Assembly (NCBI GenBank): GCA_973895155.1 | Contig: OZ316894.1 | Span: 8,890,234-8,954,233 of the forward strand | Reading direction: 5' to 3' | Source of the DNA: Marsupella aquatica | Taxonomy: Eukaryota; Plantae; Marchantiophyta | DNA: 64,000 bases | Shown here: positions 27,531 through 41,314 of the stretch, piece after piece | Layout: every line of letters starts with the position of its first letter | How positions within the stretch are numbered: the first letter of the stretch is position 1 | Made by a program: the position numbers and the translations under genes | The notes under the pieces: model-generated | The model's input: the letters and a program-made list of their open reading frames with translations, nothing else | What the model was told of the DNA's origin: nothing | The model's database searches: none

Positions 27531-27610
27531 GGGACTAGGATAGGCACTGGACAGGGGTAAGGAAACTGGGGAAGGGACTAGGATAGGCACTCGACAGGGG
27601 GAAGGAAACA
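27531..27610. repeat. Short tandem duplication (~42 bp x2)
   Basis: gggactaggataggcact(g/c)gacagggg(t/g)aaggaaac occurs twice. Confidence 0.8.
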
Positions 27611-29115
27611 AAGGGGGATCAGGAAAATGGGGGAACATTAACTTCATGAAATTTCCCCTGCAAAGTACAAAAGAAACCTGCCGCCACCGTTACATCCCAG
27701 GCGATGACCTACGGTGAAATCACGTCGGAGACGGCGACCGTCATTGGTCCCTCTACTACAGAGTTCGTTTGAGAGAAATCGACGGCGACGGTGCTCCGCC
27801 GACGTCCCTTTTGGGACGGTGGCGATCAGTTGAAAGGATTGGACTTCTAGAGGTGAAGGATTGTCGTCAATTTCTCATTCTGCACTCCGAAGGAATCCGG
27901 AGTGGATGATGGTGGAGGATCTATTGAACGACGCATCTTGTCCTACCAGTAGCTTTGAGTATTAGATTAGATTAGATGAAATGAGATGAGAACGCACTGC
28001 GGTTTGAGGCAGAATAGGGATCCGCTCGACCTCGTGATTGATTTGCAACTTTCGGTGTCATGTCCACTTGTTCCTACACTGTTCTGAGGACGATTATGTG
28101 CGCTCTCCGAAGCGCACCCGCATGTGCCGGGCGTAGAGAGGAAGCTTGAAGAATTTCCCCTCTACTGTGTCACATTTTTACCAATTGTGGAATCGAAATC
28201 GAAATCGCAAATGAGATCATGAGAATGGTCAGGCGGGTGGTCAGAGTGGATTGATTTCGCTCCTAAATTCATTCCGGTAACTTGTCTCGCTAGGACTGCC
28301 GGGAATGATAACGCCATCGCCTATCACCACGAGCAGATCGTTTCGATTGAGATTTTTCTTCTGCACTGCAGGCTCTATGCTCCATTCCTGATTGACGACG
28401 TCCAGAGCAGTCGCCAAGGTACTCCTGTGTAATCGAGCTTCTTTGAAGTTTTTTGCTCCGTTGTTCCTTCCGAAGTCCGCATTGTTTGGATAAGAGGTTT
28501 GCAATTTCTCGCCGGAAGTGGACATGGCTGATGGCATTCGAATTGAAGTCGTTGTTAGAAGAGGAAATTGAGATTTGGATTCAGAATTTCAAGAAGATTA
28601 CGGAACCTGACCGCATCATCTCAGAAATTGAACTCTAAGTTGCTCCGAATCCCTCAGAATTGCGAAATGAAAGCTACACTAAGTGCATCAGCAGAGGGTG
28701 TGGATAGGACTATTCTCCGATGGCTTCGATCTTACATTCAGGCGCTAGATGCCGGAGATTTGATTAACGTAGCACAGGTTGTCGGCTGCCCTCTGCTCTG
28801 CCCTTGAACTTGAGGCGTCCGCTGGGACAACTTCTTAGTGGTCGAATTCCCCTGGGAGAGCTTTCACTTTCGGGATCCTTCCAAATTGGGAAATTCCTCA
28901 CTATTTCCTCCGTATCTTCCACCGAGCCGCGCCTGTATGAAGCGGTAGACACGGAAAATAGAGTTGCTGGAAGGGAAATGGCAAACAAATTCCATTAGCA
29001 TACAATTTCAGCTCGGAATGTCTGCAAGTGCTTCTTCTAAGCTCGGCTTGCAAGGTGAGGAATCGCTTCATCTTTCCCATTAGCCCTGGAGCAAACGAAA
29101 TTCTCAACGGTCTCA

Positions 29116-31699
29116 ATGCCTTTGGTAAGGTCGTATGAAGCCTCCGATAGCTCCAGTCCAAAAGCAGAGAACGACAATGACCCTGATGATTCCAGCATGG
29201 AGAAGTTCGAACAGAGAACTAAAGCTTCGATAGACAAACTTAAGAACATTCTCTGTAATGTCAAGACCCGACCTGGTGATGGCTCACTGTACTCCATCAT
29301 GTATGTATGGGATTCCAGACTCTGCTTCTAATAATGGCATCGCACTTTAAGCCACAAATGTAAAGAATATGAATACCCAGACATATCTCTTCGAAGCCAC
29401 TCATCTCACCTGAAAGAACCTCATTTCAGTCTAGGGTTTCTTCCCAAGCTGGTTCGACGACCATCTGATGCAAACCTGAACTGCCGAGAGTCTGCAAGGA
29501 AAAACAATCTGTTTGTTTTGGGTCTATTATCCCAAAACAGTTTTCTGTAAAAACATGCACACATTGTAGACACGAATTGCATGAATTTCTACATTCTCCA
29601 ACTACGACTTGATGTCTGTCTAGGTGCATGAAACAAGCACTCAGGGGTCGACCAGTGACCAGCTCACTGCAGACATTTATCTCTTCCACTCACGTGATGA
29701 AATTTTCTGGCTTCCTGTATGGCCTTGTGGATGGCGTTATCTCTCTTCATGTAATTTTACTGAAAGGTGTGGTCTTTATCATGTTTCAGGAAGTTTGGTG
29801 AGGACGAGTTGCTTGATCGTCGGATTGCTAGCACAGGACATCATCCACAGCGGCTTCGAGACATGGGGGCTGGAGATATGACCGAGGAGGAGCTGCCTTT
29901 TTCCGAGCCTTTGGTACAGCATGATGGATTCACCTCCACCACCACAACTGTAACGCTGGATCAATACTCTAAGAAAACCACTGTGACTATGATTGCCTCA
30001 GTGAGAGATCCTGGAGATGAAAGCTCCCTGGAACCAATCGAGAGATCTGTCATCTTGGCAGCACGAGCATTAGCACGAAGTGCTGCAGCCCTAGAGGAAA
30101 AAGCAAATGCTTTGACTTTGTCTTCCAAGCTGAAAAGGGGTCCTTTCGAAGACAAAACAGATATCACTGCCCCTCAGCACGAGAGGCTTGTTTCTGAATT
30201 GGAGATATCAAAGATAATAGAGTTAGCGCAGGTGCGAAAAGGCTACTATGCAGGAACGCCGTTCCGCCCTGTTTACAAGGTGAAGTTGGAACAGTCGGAT
30301 GGTTCTACCACAGAGGCATTACTTAAACCAGCAACACCAGGAGATGTGCATTGCCGCTGGGGCAATGCCTCGTCTGACTGGGTTGCATATCAGGTTTGGT
30401 TCCAGTCCTTTCATCTGTGCAAGTGTGGACGAAAGATGATAGCTGCTGTTATTGCTGATCGGATGCTCAGGAGTCCATTATCTTTCAGAGAAGCTGGACC
30501 CACAACCTACTTCCAATTTTCTGGGTGTTATGTCTTCCTCTGCGGGAGGTTTATTGTTACTGCGGCCTAATAAGTTACTAACTACTCTAACCTTGGACCG
30601 GTTAAGAGTATGCTTTATCTGGCCCTCGCTCGAAACTTTCTTCGAAAGCACTGGAACATGATTGTAAGTGATACGAGTGATGAAATTTGCTGCAAACTCT
30701 AATGAGACATTGGGTTAAGCAGGTGGGGCGACTTCTTGGAACAGATATGGTTCCTCCGGCGGCAATGCGCACGGACGTCAAAGTTGGCGAAAAAACTTTT
30801 CCATTAGCGACCTTGCTGCATATTGTGCCTCAAGTGAAACCATTGACACGTCTTTCTCTTCAGGTTAGATTTGGCCCAAAATTGTTATGAAATGCTTTTG
30901 AAAATAATGGAGATTTTCTTGTCTTGCATTCTCGAATACTTAGATAGCCTTTTGGGTGAACACATTATACAGGAATGGGGAGGAGAACTGCCTGCTGTGT
31001 TTGTAAGCAATGCACACATTCTAGATGCGTTGCTGGGGAGTTGCCCACGTGCTCGTAATATGTTCATGGAAGGGCCTTCTTGGAGTCAACCTGGAGCAAG
31101 ACAAGCCATGTTGCTCGATCATCCTATGGGACCAGGGCATGGAAAGCTTCATCCTATGTGGACACAAAGAGGTCAAATTTCTGGTATTAAGGTATGCCAA
31201 GCGTCTCCCTGTCGTCTACTTAGCTAATCGGACAGGTGCAATTTCGCTTATGCCATAGCATCTATGAACATGGCTTTCATGCCAACCCTTTCGATGGAAA
31301 GAATCCTCAGGTCCTCACTTCAGTGCGCAGGGGTTCTGGCATAGTTGCCTCCAAATTATAGAGAAAGGGAAGTAATGTTGCAAGTTGCTTTCTTAGTTGC
31401 TTTAACGAGGCCTTGAAATTGGAACTTCCCTCTTAAGGAAATTCCTGTTATGTGAGTTCGAGAGAGACTAGAATTGATGGCTGCAAATGAAAAGCTATGT
31501 AACTTCAAATTTTGTGCAGTGTGTTTCAGGGAGTACATTGACACGCTTGAGAAGTATTAACAAATCATCTTTGACGGGGGCATTGGGAACGTGGGTCTCT
31601 TCATCAGAGATCGATCATATTTTGGAGCGGTTGCAGCAGGTGCTGGGATACTTTGACGCAATGGCACAGAATGGTAGCCGGTCATTGACAGTTGTTTAA
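29116..31699 (+). CDS. Atypical kinase-fold protein (PI3/PI4K-FAM20-HipA-like), probable pseudokinase, 5 exons, ~442 aa
   Basis: Exons 29116-29300, 29790-30393, 30723-30863, 30973-31191 and 31520-31699 are all GT-AG and in phase. Motifs: ALLKP, DWVAYQVGRLLGTDMVPP, ILDALLGSCPRARN, MLLDH, TLTRLR. The start codon is the least certain part. Confidence 0.75.
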
Positions 31700-34284
31700 T
31701 TGATTGCGTAAAGTAGGGCGTCAGTTTGCATCCTGTTGGACCATCCAGCTAAAAGAGTGAACAGCTCCAGATCATTGTAGAAATGATAGGGGAGTAGGAG
31801 TTTTGAAATACAAGTACATGTATGTAAATTACCATCCTGATACCTCAATGCGCCAGGCTTTGGTCTGTCAAGCCAAAGTGGCAATAGTGCGGAGTGAACC
31901 GATTTTTCGTTGTGGTGAAGTTTGCTGATTTTCGAGTGCGGTTTCTGAAAATTCTCTCACTTCTTAGTATTTACTTCTACAAGTCTACTAGATCCAATTG
32001 TTTCCAGCGGAATTTCTGAAGAATCTTGCATTGAGGACTGGCCTACAGTAGTTCCAATTTTGCTTTCTCCAAATTGAGTGGATAGAAATGTACCTGACAA
32101 ATGAAAAATGAAAAATGAAAAATCTTCATCCAGAAGTTGCGATCATTGAGGCATCCGGTATTTTGACGATATTCTGCAATATGGCATCTTGTTAGTTCAT
32201 CTGTGTTTATTCCAGCAACCTATCCGGGCTGGAGAAAGGAAATTATCGTATTTCCTGAAGTAATGTTGTGCTTTATAATCAACATTGTTTGCATAATGAG
32301 AAGGGCGATTAGTAAGATTCTGCTTGAGTGGTTTGTTCACAGAATTCAAATGGTGTCCACGCAAATCGGATGGAATTGTTCTCGGAACAGGGAGGCAAGT
32401 TTGTACCTGGTCAGGAGTCTTTACAAATAACGTGCTATTTTTTCCAGCCTTTCTATGTCAGTGAAACTACCACTGGCCATATAAAAGTGGGAAATGCCCA
32501 CCATTTCTCCTTTTTCTTACATTCCACTCATTCTTCTTCTCTAGGGTGCCGTTTTGGTTTTTTCTCCACAATTTCAGATGGTACTGTATATGGTGAAAGG
32601 GGTGGATCTAGATTTTGTCATGGTTAGTGGTGGTTTAACCATTCTACACAAATAATTGGATGCTAGTTTTGCAAACGAGTTTTGTCACTATAATTAATTG
32701 TGTCACACTAGCTCCAGGCTATAAGCCAAATATGTCCTTGAGTGAAAGATATCATTGTGAAAAGATGTTGTTATCTAAGAGAAGTTGTTTTCACAAAAGA
32801 TATCACAGAAACTAAAGTTTTCACTTTTCTCATCCAAGCACAGGAGCAAAGGGCCCAGGATCAAGCTTCCCCTCCCCCTTTTCTCAGCAATGTTCCTCCC
32901 CTCTCCCCCTCTTTCTTGTTTTGTTGGGTTTCCCTTCCCCACTTTATTTCCCAACTTTTTGCATGACAAAAATTAAAATTTGTAAGACAAACATGGTTAA
33001 ATATCATGAGAGTGTTTATCTCAATTCATGGATGCAAAAGGTATGTCATTTAGGCTGGGTTGTTGTTGCAAAAAATGTTATGAGCTTGGTCACTTTTGAT
33101 ATTATGAAATGTAATTGTTGGGGAGGGCAAAGGTAAGAGCACAGTGACCCCACGCTGGTTGACGGTCACCACCATGTTATGGAATCCTAGCATGGTCGCA
33201 TAAAAATAGTTTTTCTTGAGTGCTTTTGTTTCTTTTGGTTCTATATTTTAAGTGAGTAAATAATGTTTTTTTGGTTTTCATATGGATTCAAGTTTTTTGT
33301 AATGTTTTCAAATTTAATCTTCATTTAAGGCAGGCGCAGCAAGTGTAGGGCAGGCAAACATTTGAGATGGGCGAGTGTCTGGGTGGTTTGAGATGGGCGA
33401 GTGTCCGGGTGGGTTTGAGAGTGAAAAATTATTGTTTGATGAAAAACCAAGATTCCTTCCTGCTTGTGCATTTATGCTTGTGAAATTAAGAGTGAAACAA
33501 CTTATTTTTTTATGAAAGTCCAAGATTCCTTCCAGCTTTTCTTCTCATTTTGTAGCCAGAGTACATAACTTGTGGGCAGAGTAAGTCTACACAACGAATG
33601 AGTTTTCATAACTTGTTGGCGGAATAAGATTTTTTCTCATTTTGTAGCCAGATTAACTGATTGGCGGATAGGACTACATAACGTGTTGGCAGAATAAGAT
33701 ATTATATAGTGACTTTTTGGCAAGATGCAGTATTTTAGTGGTTTATTGCTACTCTTTTATCTTCTTCTGTGGAGGAAAGGACTTAATCTTAGCAGTTTGT
33801 GGACTTGATTGACCACAGAGATGGATTGAGTACTTGATCAGGCCCCAGCCTTGGACGGTAGGCAGTCCAAAATCCAAAACTACCATTAGTTTGTAGTAAT
33901 CCAAAAGATACAATAATCTGTAGTAGTGGCCATCGGGTTTACCTCCGCTGCACAGGGCGACACTACATACCTGAAAATTGTTTTTGGTGTGATTTCTAAA
34001 GTCCAACTACCTACTGAACAAAGTTGGGACCTTTTGGACATGATCTGTTGGACATAACACTCAATCTCATGTCCTCAAAAATCTGTGCTTGGGAAGTTTC
34101 CTTAAGTCATAGGTTTTGCAAAAGCATAATTACTCTTACACTTCCCTTCAAATCTCTTAACTTATTCGAAGAAGGTACCTTCTTCAAAGAAAGTACCTTA
34201 CACTATTCACCATAAGAGTGATGGTTTAGGTACCCTACACTATTCACCATAACCAGTGTTATTCACACTAATTTGAGACCCGAT

Positions 34285-34628
34285 TGTTGAGCATAGACGA
34301 CATTCGTAATGGCAAGCCCATGAATCATCCAACGCACAATAGTCGACACAGAGAGATATGTGGTTCACCTCCACATGAGGCTACGTCCACGGGAACACAC
34401 AAGAGCTTTACTGCACTCTAGGCCGACCGGCCATACCAAGCATCCACAGCACAAGCTCTCCCTATCTCTCAACTAGCTCCGTAACAATGAGCCTTTGTTC
34501 CACCAGGGTCTGGCATCAGCCCTGGCTATATGCACAACAACACTACCGCTAACCTTAGCTAGGTCCTAACCCGAGTTAGCCTAACTGTGGTTAGCACAAG
34601 AGTCACAAGACTAGAGTAATATCTAACA
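34285..34628 (-). repeat. 3' LTR of copia 1
   Basis: Near-identical to 39723-40066 and adjacent to the PPT. Confidence 0.96.
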
Positions 34629-34835
34629 AACTCCCCCTTGACTCTTGTCTTGGGGACTGGACTAAATGCTACCATATGGAATCCTCAGCGGGAAGTTCTA
34701 GACAATCACCAAACCAGGTCTCCCCCTAAAAACCACAAGGGTTAACTAAGGGTTAACTAGAACTAAGCCGTAGCCTAACAGGAATGAGTAATCCATATAC
34801 AAATAGTCACACATTGTTAAATAACTCTACTTGCA

Positions 34836-37800
34836 CTACAACTGCAAAACCTGCAAAATAGCACGGTGTCTTGAGAAACTCTCCAAAGGAATCACTTTGG
34901 TAAAGGCATCAGCGGGATTGAGCTTTCCATCAATCTTGACTAGCTCAAAAGTTTTATCAGACACTGCTTGCCTGATAAAATGGTACTTGATATCAATGTG
35001 CTTCACCCTGCTATCCATCACCTGGTTAGCAGCCAAGTGAAGAGCACTCTGACTATCACAGTTTAGAGTCATTTTTCCATGCTCTAAACCCATCTCCGCG
35101 ATCAACTTATCCAACCAAATTGCTTCCTTTGCTGCTTCTATTGCTGCAACATACTCTGCTTCTGTAGTAGACTGAGATATGCACTTCTGCAAGGTAGATT
35201 TCCAACTGATACATCCTCCTCCAAGAGTGTATACAAACCCAGTTGTAGATCTCCTTGTATCCAGACAGCCTCCATAGTCAGAATCTACATAGCCAACTAA
35301 TGTTCTATCTGATCTGTTATCAAATAGTAATCCATAGTCCTGTGTTCCCTTGAGATACCTGAGAATCCACTTCACAGCTTCCCAATGTATCTTCCCTGGA
35401 TTTGACATGAATCTGCTAACCTTGCCCATCGCTAGGGCCAAGTCAGGCCTAGTACAAGTCATCAAATACATCAGATTGCCTACTGCCTTCTCATAAGGAA
35501 TCTTAGCCATCAGACCTTTCTCCACAGCATCCGTATGAGAGAAAGCCGATGATAACTTGAAATGTGAAGCTAAAGGAATACTCACTGGCTTACAGTTCTC
35601 CATGTTGAATCGTGCAAGTACTTTCCTTGCATATTGGTCTTGACTCAAGCACAACTGTCCAATATCAGAGTTCCTAAAAATCTCCATCCCTAAGATCCTC
35701 TTGGCCTTACCAAGATCCTTCATCCTGAATTCAGCACTCAATTTCGTTTTGAGACTGTCAACCTCAAATTGATCTTTAGCCACAATTAGCATGTCATCCA
35801 CATAGATCACCAGAATGATGAAACCAAATACATCATTCTTGACTGATTTCGTATACACACAAGGATCATACACCATCCTTATAAAACCTTGAGCAAGCAT
35901 GAAATCATCAAACCGTTTGTTCCACTGTCTGGGAGATTGCTTCAATCCATACAAGGACTTGAGCAATCTGCAAACTAAGTTCTCTTGGCCCTTCTTCATA
36001 AAGCCTAGTGGCTGTCTCATGAAGATCATCTCTTCCAAGTTGCCATAACATCCATCTGATCCATCACCAGACCAAAAAACACAACAAGCTGACACAAGAT
36101 CCGAATTGTGGAATACTTAGCAACCGGTGAAAAGACCTCATTGTAATCCACTCCTTTCTCCTGAGTGAATCCCTTGGCAACAAGCCTTGCCTTGTAGATC
36201 TTGTCTCCACCCTCTGAAGGACTATCCTTCAACTTGTAAATCCACTTGCTGTCCACCACTTGCTGACCTCTTGGAAGCTCCACTAGCTCCCATGTCTTGT
36301 TGTCACTCAAAGATTGCAACTCCCTCTGCATTGCTGCATTCCACTCATGCTTCTGCTCTAAAGCACAAGCCTCACTGTACAAAGAAGGCTCTCCTTCTTC
36401 CAAGATCAAAGCCATGTCATCATCATCAGGTGCAATGTCAATATCATCTAGCTTAGATGAGTCTGCCCATTGACCATACCTGGTAGGAGCTCTAGTAGAA
36501 CGACTGGAAGTTCTTCTAGTAGATGACCCAGGCTGATCTGCTGCTGCTACTGGTTGAATGTGAGGTACCCCAGCAACAATCTGCTCCTCTTGTTCCATCA
36601 CAGGAACCAGCTCCAAGCCCGGAGCTTCTCCATCTCTCCTGTCATGAACTGCATCATGACTAATCTCCCCCTCAACCCCGTCCGGGATGGGAGATTTCCC
36701 CTTGTCAGTATGGGAGTCCTGAGAACTCTCCCCCTCCTTTGATGATCTGGATTCATTAAATGACACATCTCTACTGACAATTAGTTTACAGGTTACTAGA
36801 TCCCATAACTTATAACCCTTCACACCTTTCTGATAGCCAAGGAAAATGCACTTCTTTGACTTGGACTCCAGCTTGGATCGAAGCTGGGAAGGTGTAAGCA
36901 CATAAGCATCACATCCAAAAATCCTCAGATGTGAGTAATCTGCTGGACGCCCGTACCTCATTTCAAATGGCGTCTTGAATCCAATAGAACTGGATGGAGA
37001 AAAATTTACCAAATAAGCTGCAGTGTTGACAACTTCAGCCCAAAACTCATGTGATAAGCATGATTGACTCAACATAGTCCTCGAGCGGTCCAATAGTGTT
37101 TGGTTGAGTCTCTCAGAAACACCATTCTGCTGAGGAGTATAACTTGTTGTGAGATGGCGGGTAATCCCCTGCTCCTTACAATACGTTCCAAATTCCGCGG
37201 AACTATATTCACCGCCGTTATCCGATCGAAGATATCTCACCTTATTACCAGTCTGATTCTCAACTTGGGCTTTCCACTCCTTAAAAGTGGCAAAAACATC
37301 AGACTTATTGTGTAGAAAGTATATCCACACATACCTTGAGTAATCGTCTATGAACGTGACATAGTATAACCGTCCAGAATGTGAGGGAGTAGGGGCTGGA
37401 CCCCACACATCACTATATACATACTCAAGTACCTCCTTGCTGGTGTGAGTTCCAACTCCGAAGGGTTTCCTGTGCTGCTTCCCTAGCACACAGTGCTCAC
37501 AAAATTCCAACTTACAAGATTGCAAATTAGAAAGTAATCCTTTCTTCTGAAGAATAACCAAACCTTTTTCACTCATGTGGCCCAAACGGAAGTGCCACAG
37601 TCGGGCCGTCTCCTCATGAGATAAGGTTACATTGGCTTCATCACAAACTACACTGCCCTCCAAAACGTATAGATTGCTATGTCTCTTTCCCTTCAATACA
37701 ACTTTAGTACCAGTTGAAACCTGAAGGACACCATTAGCAGAGCTCCACTGATGGCCATTTGCTTCTAAAATTCCAAGTGAAATGAGATTTTTCATCATGC

Positions 37801-38899
37801 TGGGAATATGTCTCACATTTCTCAACGTTCTCACGACCCCATCAAACATCTAAAATCTTACAGATCCAAGTCCAACAACTTGACATGGGATTCCATTTCC
37901 CATCAACACTGACCCGTTGGAAACCGTGTAAGAACTGAAATAATCTCTTCTAGAGCAAATGTGAAAAGTACATGCACTATCTAGAATCCAGTCATCTTTA
38001 CCTGGATTTGACACTACATTGAGAGCATAACCTTGACATCACAATATGTCATCATCATCGAGTAAATCTACCTCATGTGAGCTCGATGCCGCATTAGCAG
38101 AGACAGTAGGGACCTTTACTCGATAATCCCTTTTCATGTGGCCAGGCTTGCCACAATTCCAGCATGCAAGAGGCTTCCTCTCTTGCGATTTCCCTCTGGA
38201 TTTAGATCTCCCTCGTGATGTAGATCTAAACCTGTTCTGTCCATTCGTGCGCTGCGCTGCTCTTCCCATATTCACATTGAGCGCAGTGCCAGAAGAAGAT
38301 GCTGTCTGTGATTGACCCAGCTTCTTCTGAGCATCATCAGACAATAATGAGCTCACCACCTCATTATACAAAATGGACTTCAGATCTCTGTACAAGAGAA
38401 CCTGTTTCAAGCCCTGATAAGACAACGGTAAGGAGCTTAGCAGAAGCAAGGCCTTATCCTCATCTTCAACTCCTTTTCCCAGGTTTGACAGATCCACCGC
38501 TAGACTGTCAAATTCATCCAGGTGATCCTGCATCTTGCTCCCTTCCTTGAGCCTGAGGCTCATCAAGAGAGACTTCTTGTAAAGTCGGTCTGACGCATCT
38601 TCCCGGTAGTACTTCTCTCTAAGAGCCTTGAACAGTGATGCGCAATCCGCATAATCATCCAGCTGCTTGATGATGTGCGGCTTGAGATATAGCATCACTG
38701 CATTGACAGCAATCACCTGTTCCTATCTCCACTGTCTCACAGAAATCTCCTCCTCTCCATCATACTGCTCTCGTGAAGAGAGCAGATGAGCTAAGCCCAT
38801 GGCCCGAAGGACACCCTTCACTTGCTTCTCCCAGAGCAAGTAATCAGTACGACCATCGTACTTCTCCACCTCAAACTTTACTCCTCCAAATCTAGCCAT
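34836..38899 (-). pseudogene. Copia gag-pol (UBN2 gag, zinc knuckle, protease, integrase, RT, RNase H), disrupted
   Basis: Motifs CWNCGKPGH, WILDSACTFH, LRSDNGGEY, PQQNGVSER, YKARLVAKG, YVDDML, YVDSDYG. Premature stops near 38723 and 37850, and a small frameshifting deletion in the MDV(KTAFL)xG motif near 36045. Confidence 0.95.
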
Positions 38900-39722
38900 C
38901 TCCCTCTTCTTCCCTACTACCGACAGCTCTGGTAGTAACACTGCTTCCTCCACTGCACGCCACACCGGTGATCGTACCGGTGTCACTAGTTCTTCCTCAA
39001 ACAGTAGCAACTCCTCCTCAGACTCACCGTCTGACCGTTGCGATCCTTAATCGCCGCTGTTTGAAACGAGAAAAATGAATGCCGCCGACGGAAAATGTTG
39101 CCGAATTGCACCGGCACAATCTGCAGCTCCAGCAGAGAAAAAAAATTCCGCCGCGTCGTCTTCACTCCACATCAAGTGCCAATCCCGGACTCAAAATGAC
39201 CGCCTCGCCGAGATCAAACAGTTGAGCCGTAGCACTTCGAGTTTCTTCCACCGAGTTGGACGTCACGAAGAGAAACCCGGTTCAAATGGAAACAAGCTCC
39301 ATAGCTTGTGAAAAAACCTGAACACCTCCTTCACTCGTCACGTCTCACTCGGTAATAACTCGGTAGCATATCAGCTACCGAAACGACCAGCTCGCTTCAA
39401 CCTTCAACTTGAGCTACAACATGCGACACCTCCCGCACCGCACAGCTCACACTATTGAAAAATGCGAATTCTGGTCTCTCCCCCGAAATCCCGTCGAACA
39501 CGAATAAACCCTGAACGACGCAGACTTTGATTCCTCCGCACCACGGATACCGATCAGCGAGTTCTAACCACCGTTAGAAAGCCCTCTCACTAACCTATCC
39601 GCACAGCCACATACATTCAAGTTTCATGCGATGAAACTCCGAATGCCCCATCGACAATGAACGCTGGAAAAAACCTATCACGAACAAACCTCGTCACCTC
39701 CCAGGCATGCTCTGATACCACT

Positions 39723-40066
39723 TGTTGAGCATAGACGACATTCGTAACGGCAAGCCCATGAATCATCCAACGCACAATAGTCGACACAGAGAGATACATG
39801 GTTCACCTCCACATGAGGCTACGTGCACGGGAACACACAAGAACTTTACTGCACTCTAGGCCGACCGGCCATACTAAGCATCCACAACACAAGCTCTCCC
39901 TATCTCTCAACTAGCTCCGTAACAATGAGCCTTTGTTTCACCAGGGTCTGGCATCAGCCCTAGCTATATGCACAACAACACTACCGCTAACCTTAGCTAG
40001 GTCCTAACCCGAGTTAGCCTAACTGTGGTTAGCACAAGAGTCACAAGACTAGAGCAATATCTAACA
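39723..40066 (-). repeat. 5' LTR of copia 1
   Basis: Followed on the minus strand by the tRNA-iMet PBS. Confidence 0.96.
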
Positions 40067-41314
40067 CCGATTTGAGACCGCCAATTTTCAGGGTCCACTC
40101 ATGAATTATTGTAGTCACACTAATTTTGTCATGACACTATTTCCATGCGCATGAAAGAGTGTTATTGTGGTCTCAAGAGTGGAAAAACAGAGTAAAAATA
40201 CTGTTTTGAAAGTACAAAAAAATATTGTTACTTTGGACTCAAAATCGCCCTGTTTTTACTAGCAATTTAAACAAGAGTGGAAAGAAACTATTCTGAAAAT
40301 CTGGCAAAAATTAGTGTTACTTGGACACACAATCACTTTACCAAAATTAGTATTAGTGACACTAATGTTTTAATGAAGCTAATTCTTGCATAACACTGGC
40401 TAATTATGGTGAATAGTGTAGCTTAGTATTGGCTCTAACTTTGTTCTAGGTACCAAAGAAAAGTGCAGAATTGTAAATTACAATTTGTAAAATAGTGATA
40501 TTTGAGGAGATAGGATTGAGTGTTGGAGGTGTCCAGAACATCCCAGCATTTTTTAGTAGGTAGCTTAAATGTCAAAGATCACAGCTCAAATAGAATTACT
40601 TTAGTCATCCAATAGTTGGGGTTCATCAAGATTAATATTTCAGTGTAGGTTTGTGACACCCCAAGATGTAGTGGCGCCCCTTTAATCATTCAATAAAATG
40701 TTGCTGTTTATCAAACTTAATATTTTGTAGATTTGTGACACCCCAAGCATGTAGTGGCACCCTGTGTAGCAGGGGTAAACCCGAGGGCCACTACTGGGGG
40801 AATGGGGAATTACTGTAATTTTTGGATTACTATGGAGTTAGTATATATTTTGGATTTTAGACTGTCTACAATCCAAGGGGCCTATCAAGTACTCAATGTC
40901 TTTGTGTGCTCATCAAGTACACAAGATGCTAGAGGGGGCCAGTTAATTAAGTCCTTTCCCTGTCTTCAATGACTTCTTCAGCTAAGACCACCATGTAAGC
41001 ACAAGCGAGCAAGCAGCCTTCCAGACACGCAGAAATGAAACAACGGGATGAAGATAAACATCTGTCAACACAACATAAAGAGAGGAAAGACGAAGAAGAA
41101 GTTGTGCTAATAGTTTCTTCTCTATACAAAATGGAATGCAATAGAGTACTGAGAAGAACTCCAGCAAATCGAGGGTGAATGGAAATCCTAGCAGCCATCC
41201 CTTCTCTGCTTTGATAACTTCCTCCAACTCCCTTGCACAAACTGTTTCGGTAGAACTTCCTCCCAACGACGTTCCGAATGCTGATCCCATATTAGGTGTT
41301 AATTAAAGGCGAGA

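Larger units (their letters stand above)
34285..40066 (-). mobile_element. Ty1/copia LTR retrotransposon 1 (full length, coding decayed)
   Basis: 344-bp LTRs at 34285-34628 and 39723-40066 (TG...CA, 10 mismatches by hand count). TSD CCGAT, PBS TGGTATCAGAGC at 39709-39720, PPT ~34629-34640. Domain order gag-PR-INT-RT-RH. Confidence 0.97.
34238..40418. mobile_element. TA-flanked MITE (Tc1/mariner-type, ~400 bp net) split by the copia insertion
   Basis: TA|CACTATTCACCATAA.CCAGTGTTAT at 34236 and ATAACACTGG...TTATGGTGAATAGTG|TA ending at 40420. An extra TIR copy is at 34199. Confidence 0.75.
33774..40959. mobile_element. Old long-TIR (foldback/MULE-like) non-autonomous element hosting nested insertions
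   Basis: Left arm ~33774-34085 is a diverged inverted copy of right arm ~40495-40959. Shared blocks: GGAAAGGACTTAAT, ATTGAGTACTTGAT, TAGTAATCCAAAA, GTAGTGGCC.TCGGGTTTACC, CTACCTACT, AACACTCAATC. No clear TSD. Confidence 0.65.

Noticed and set aside
40982-41290. 102-aa ATG-initiated minus-strand ORF
   Set aside because: No recognisable family or splice evidence, and it lies between repeats.
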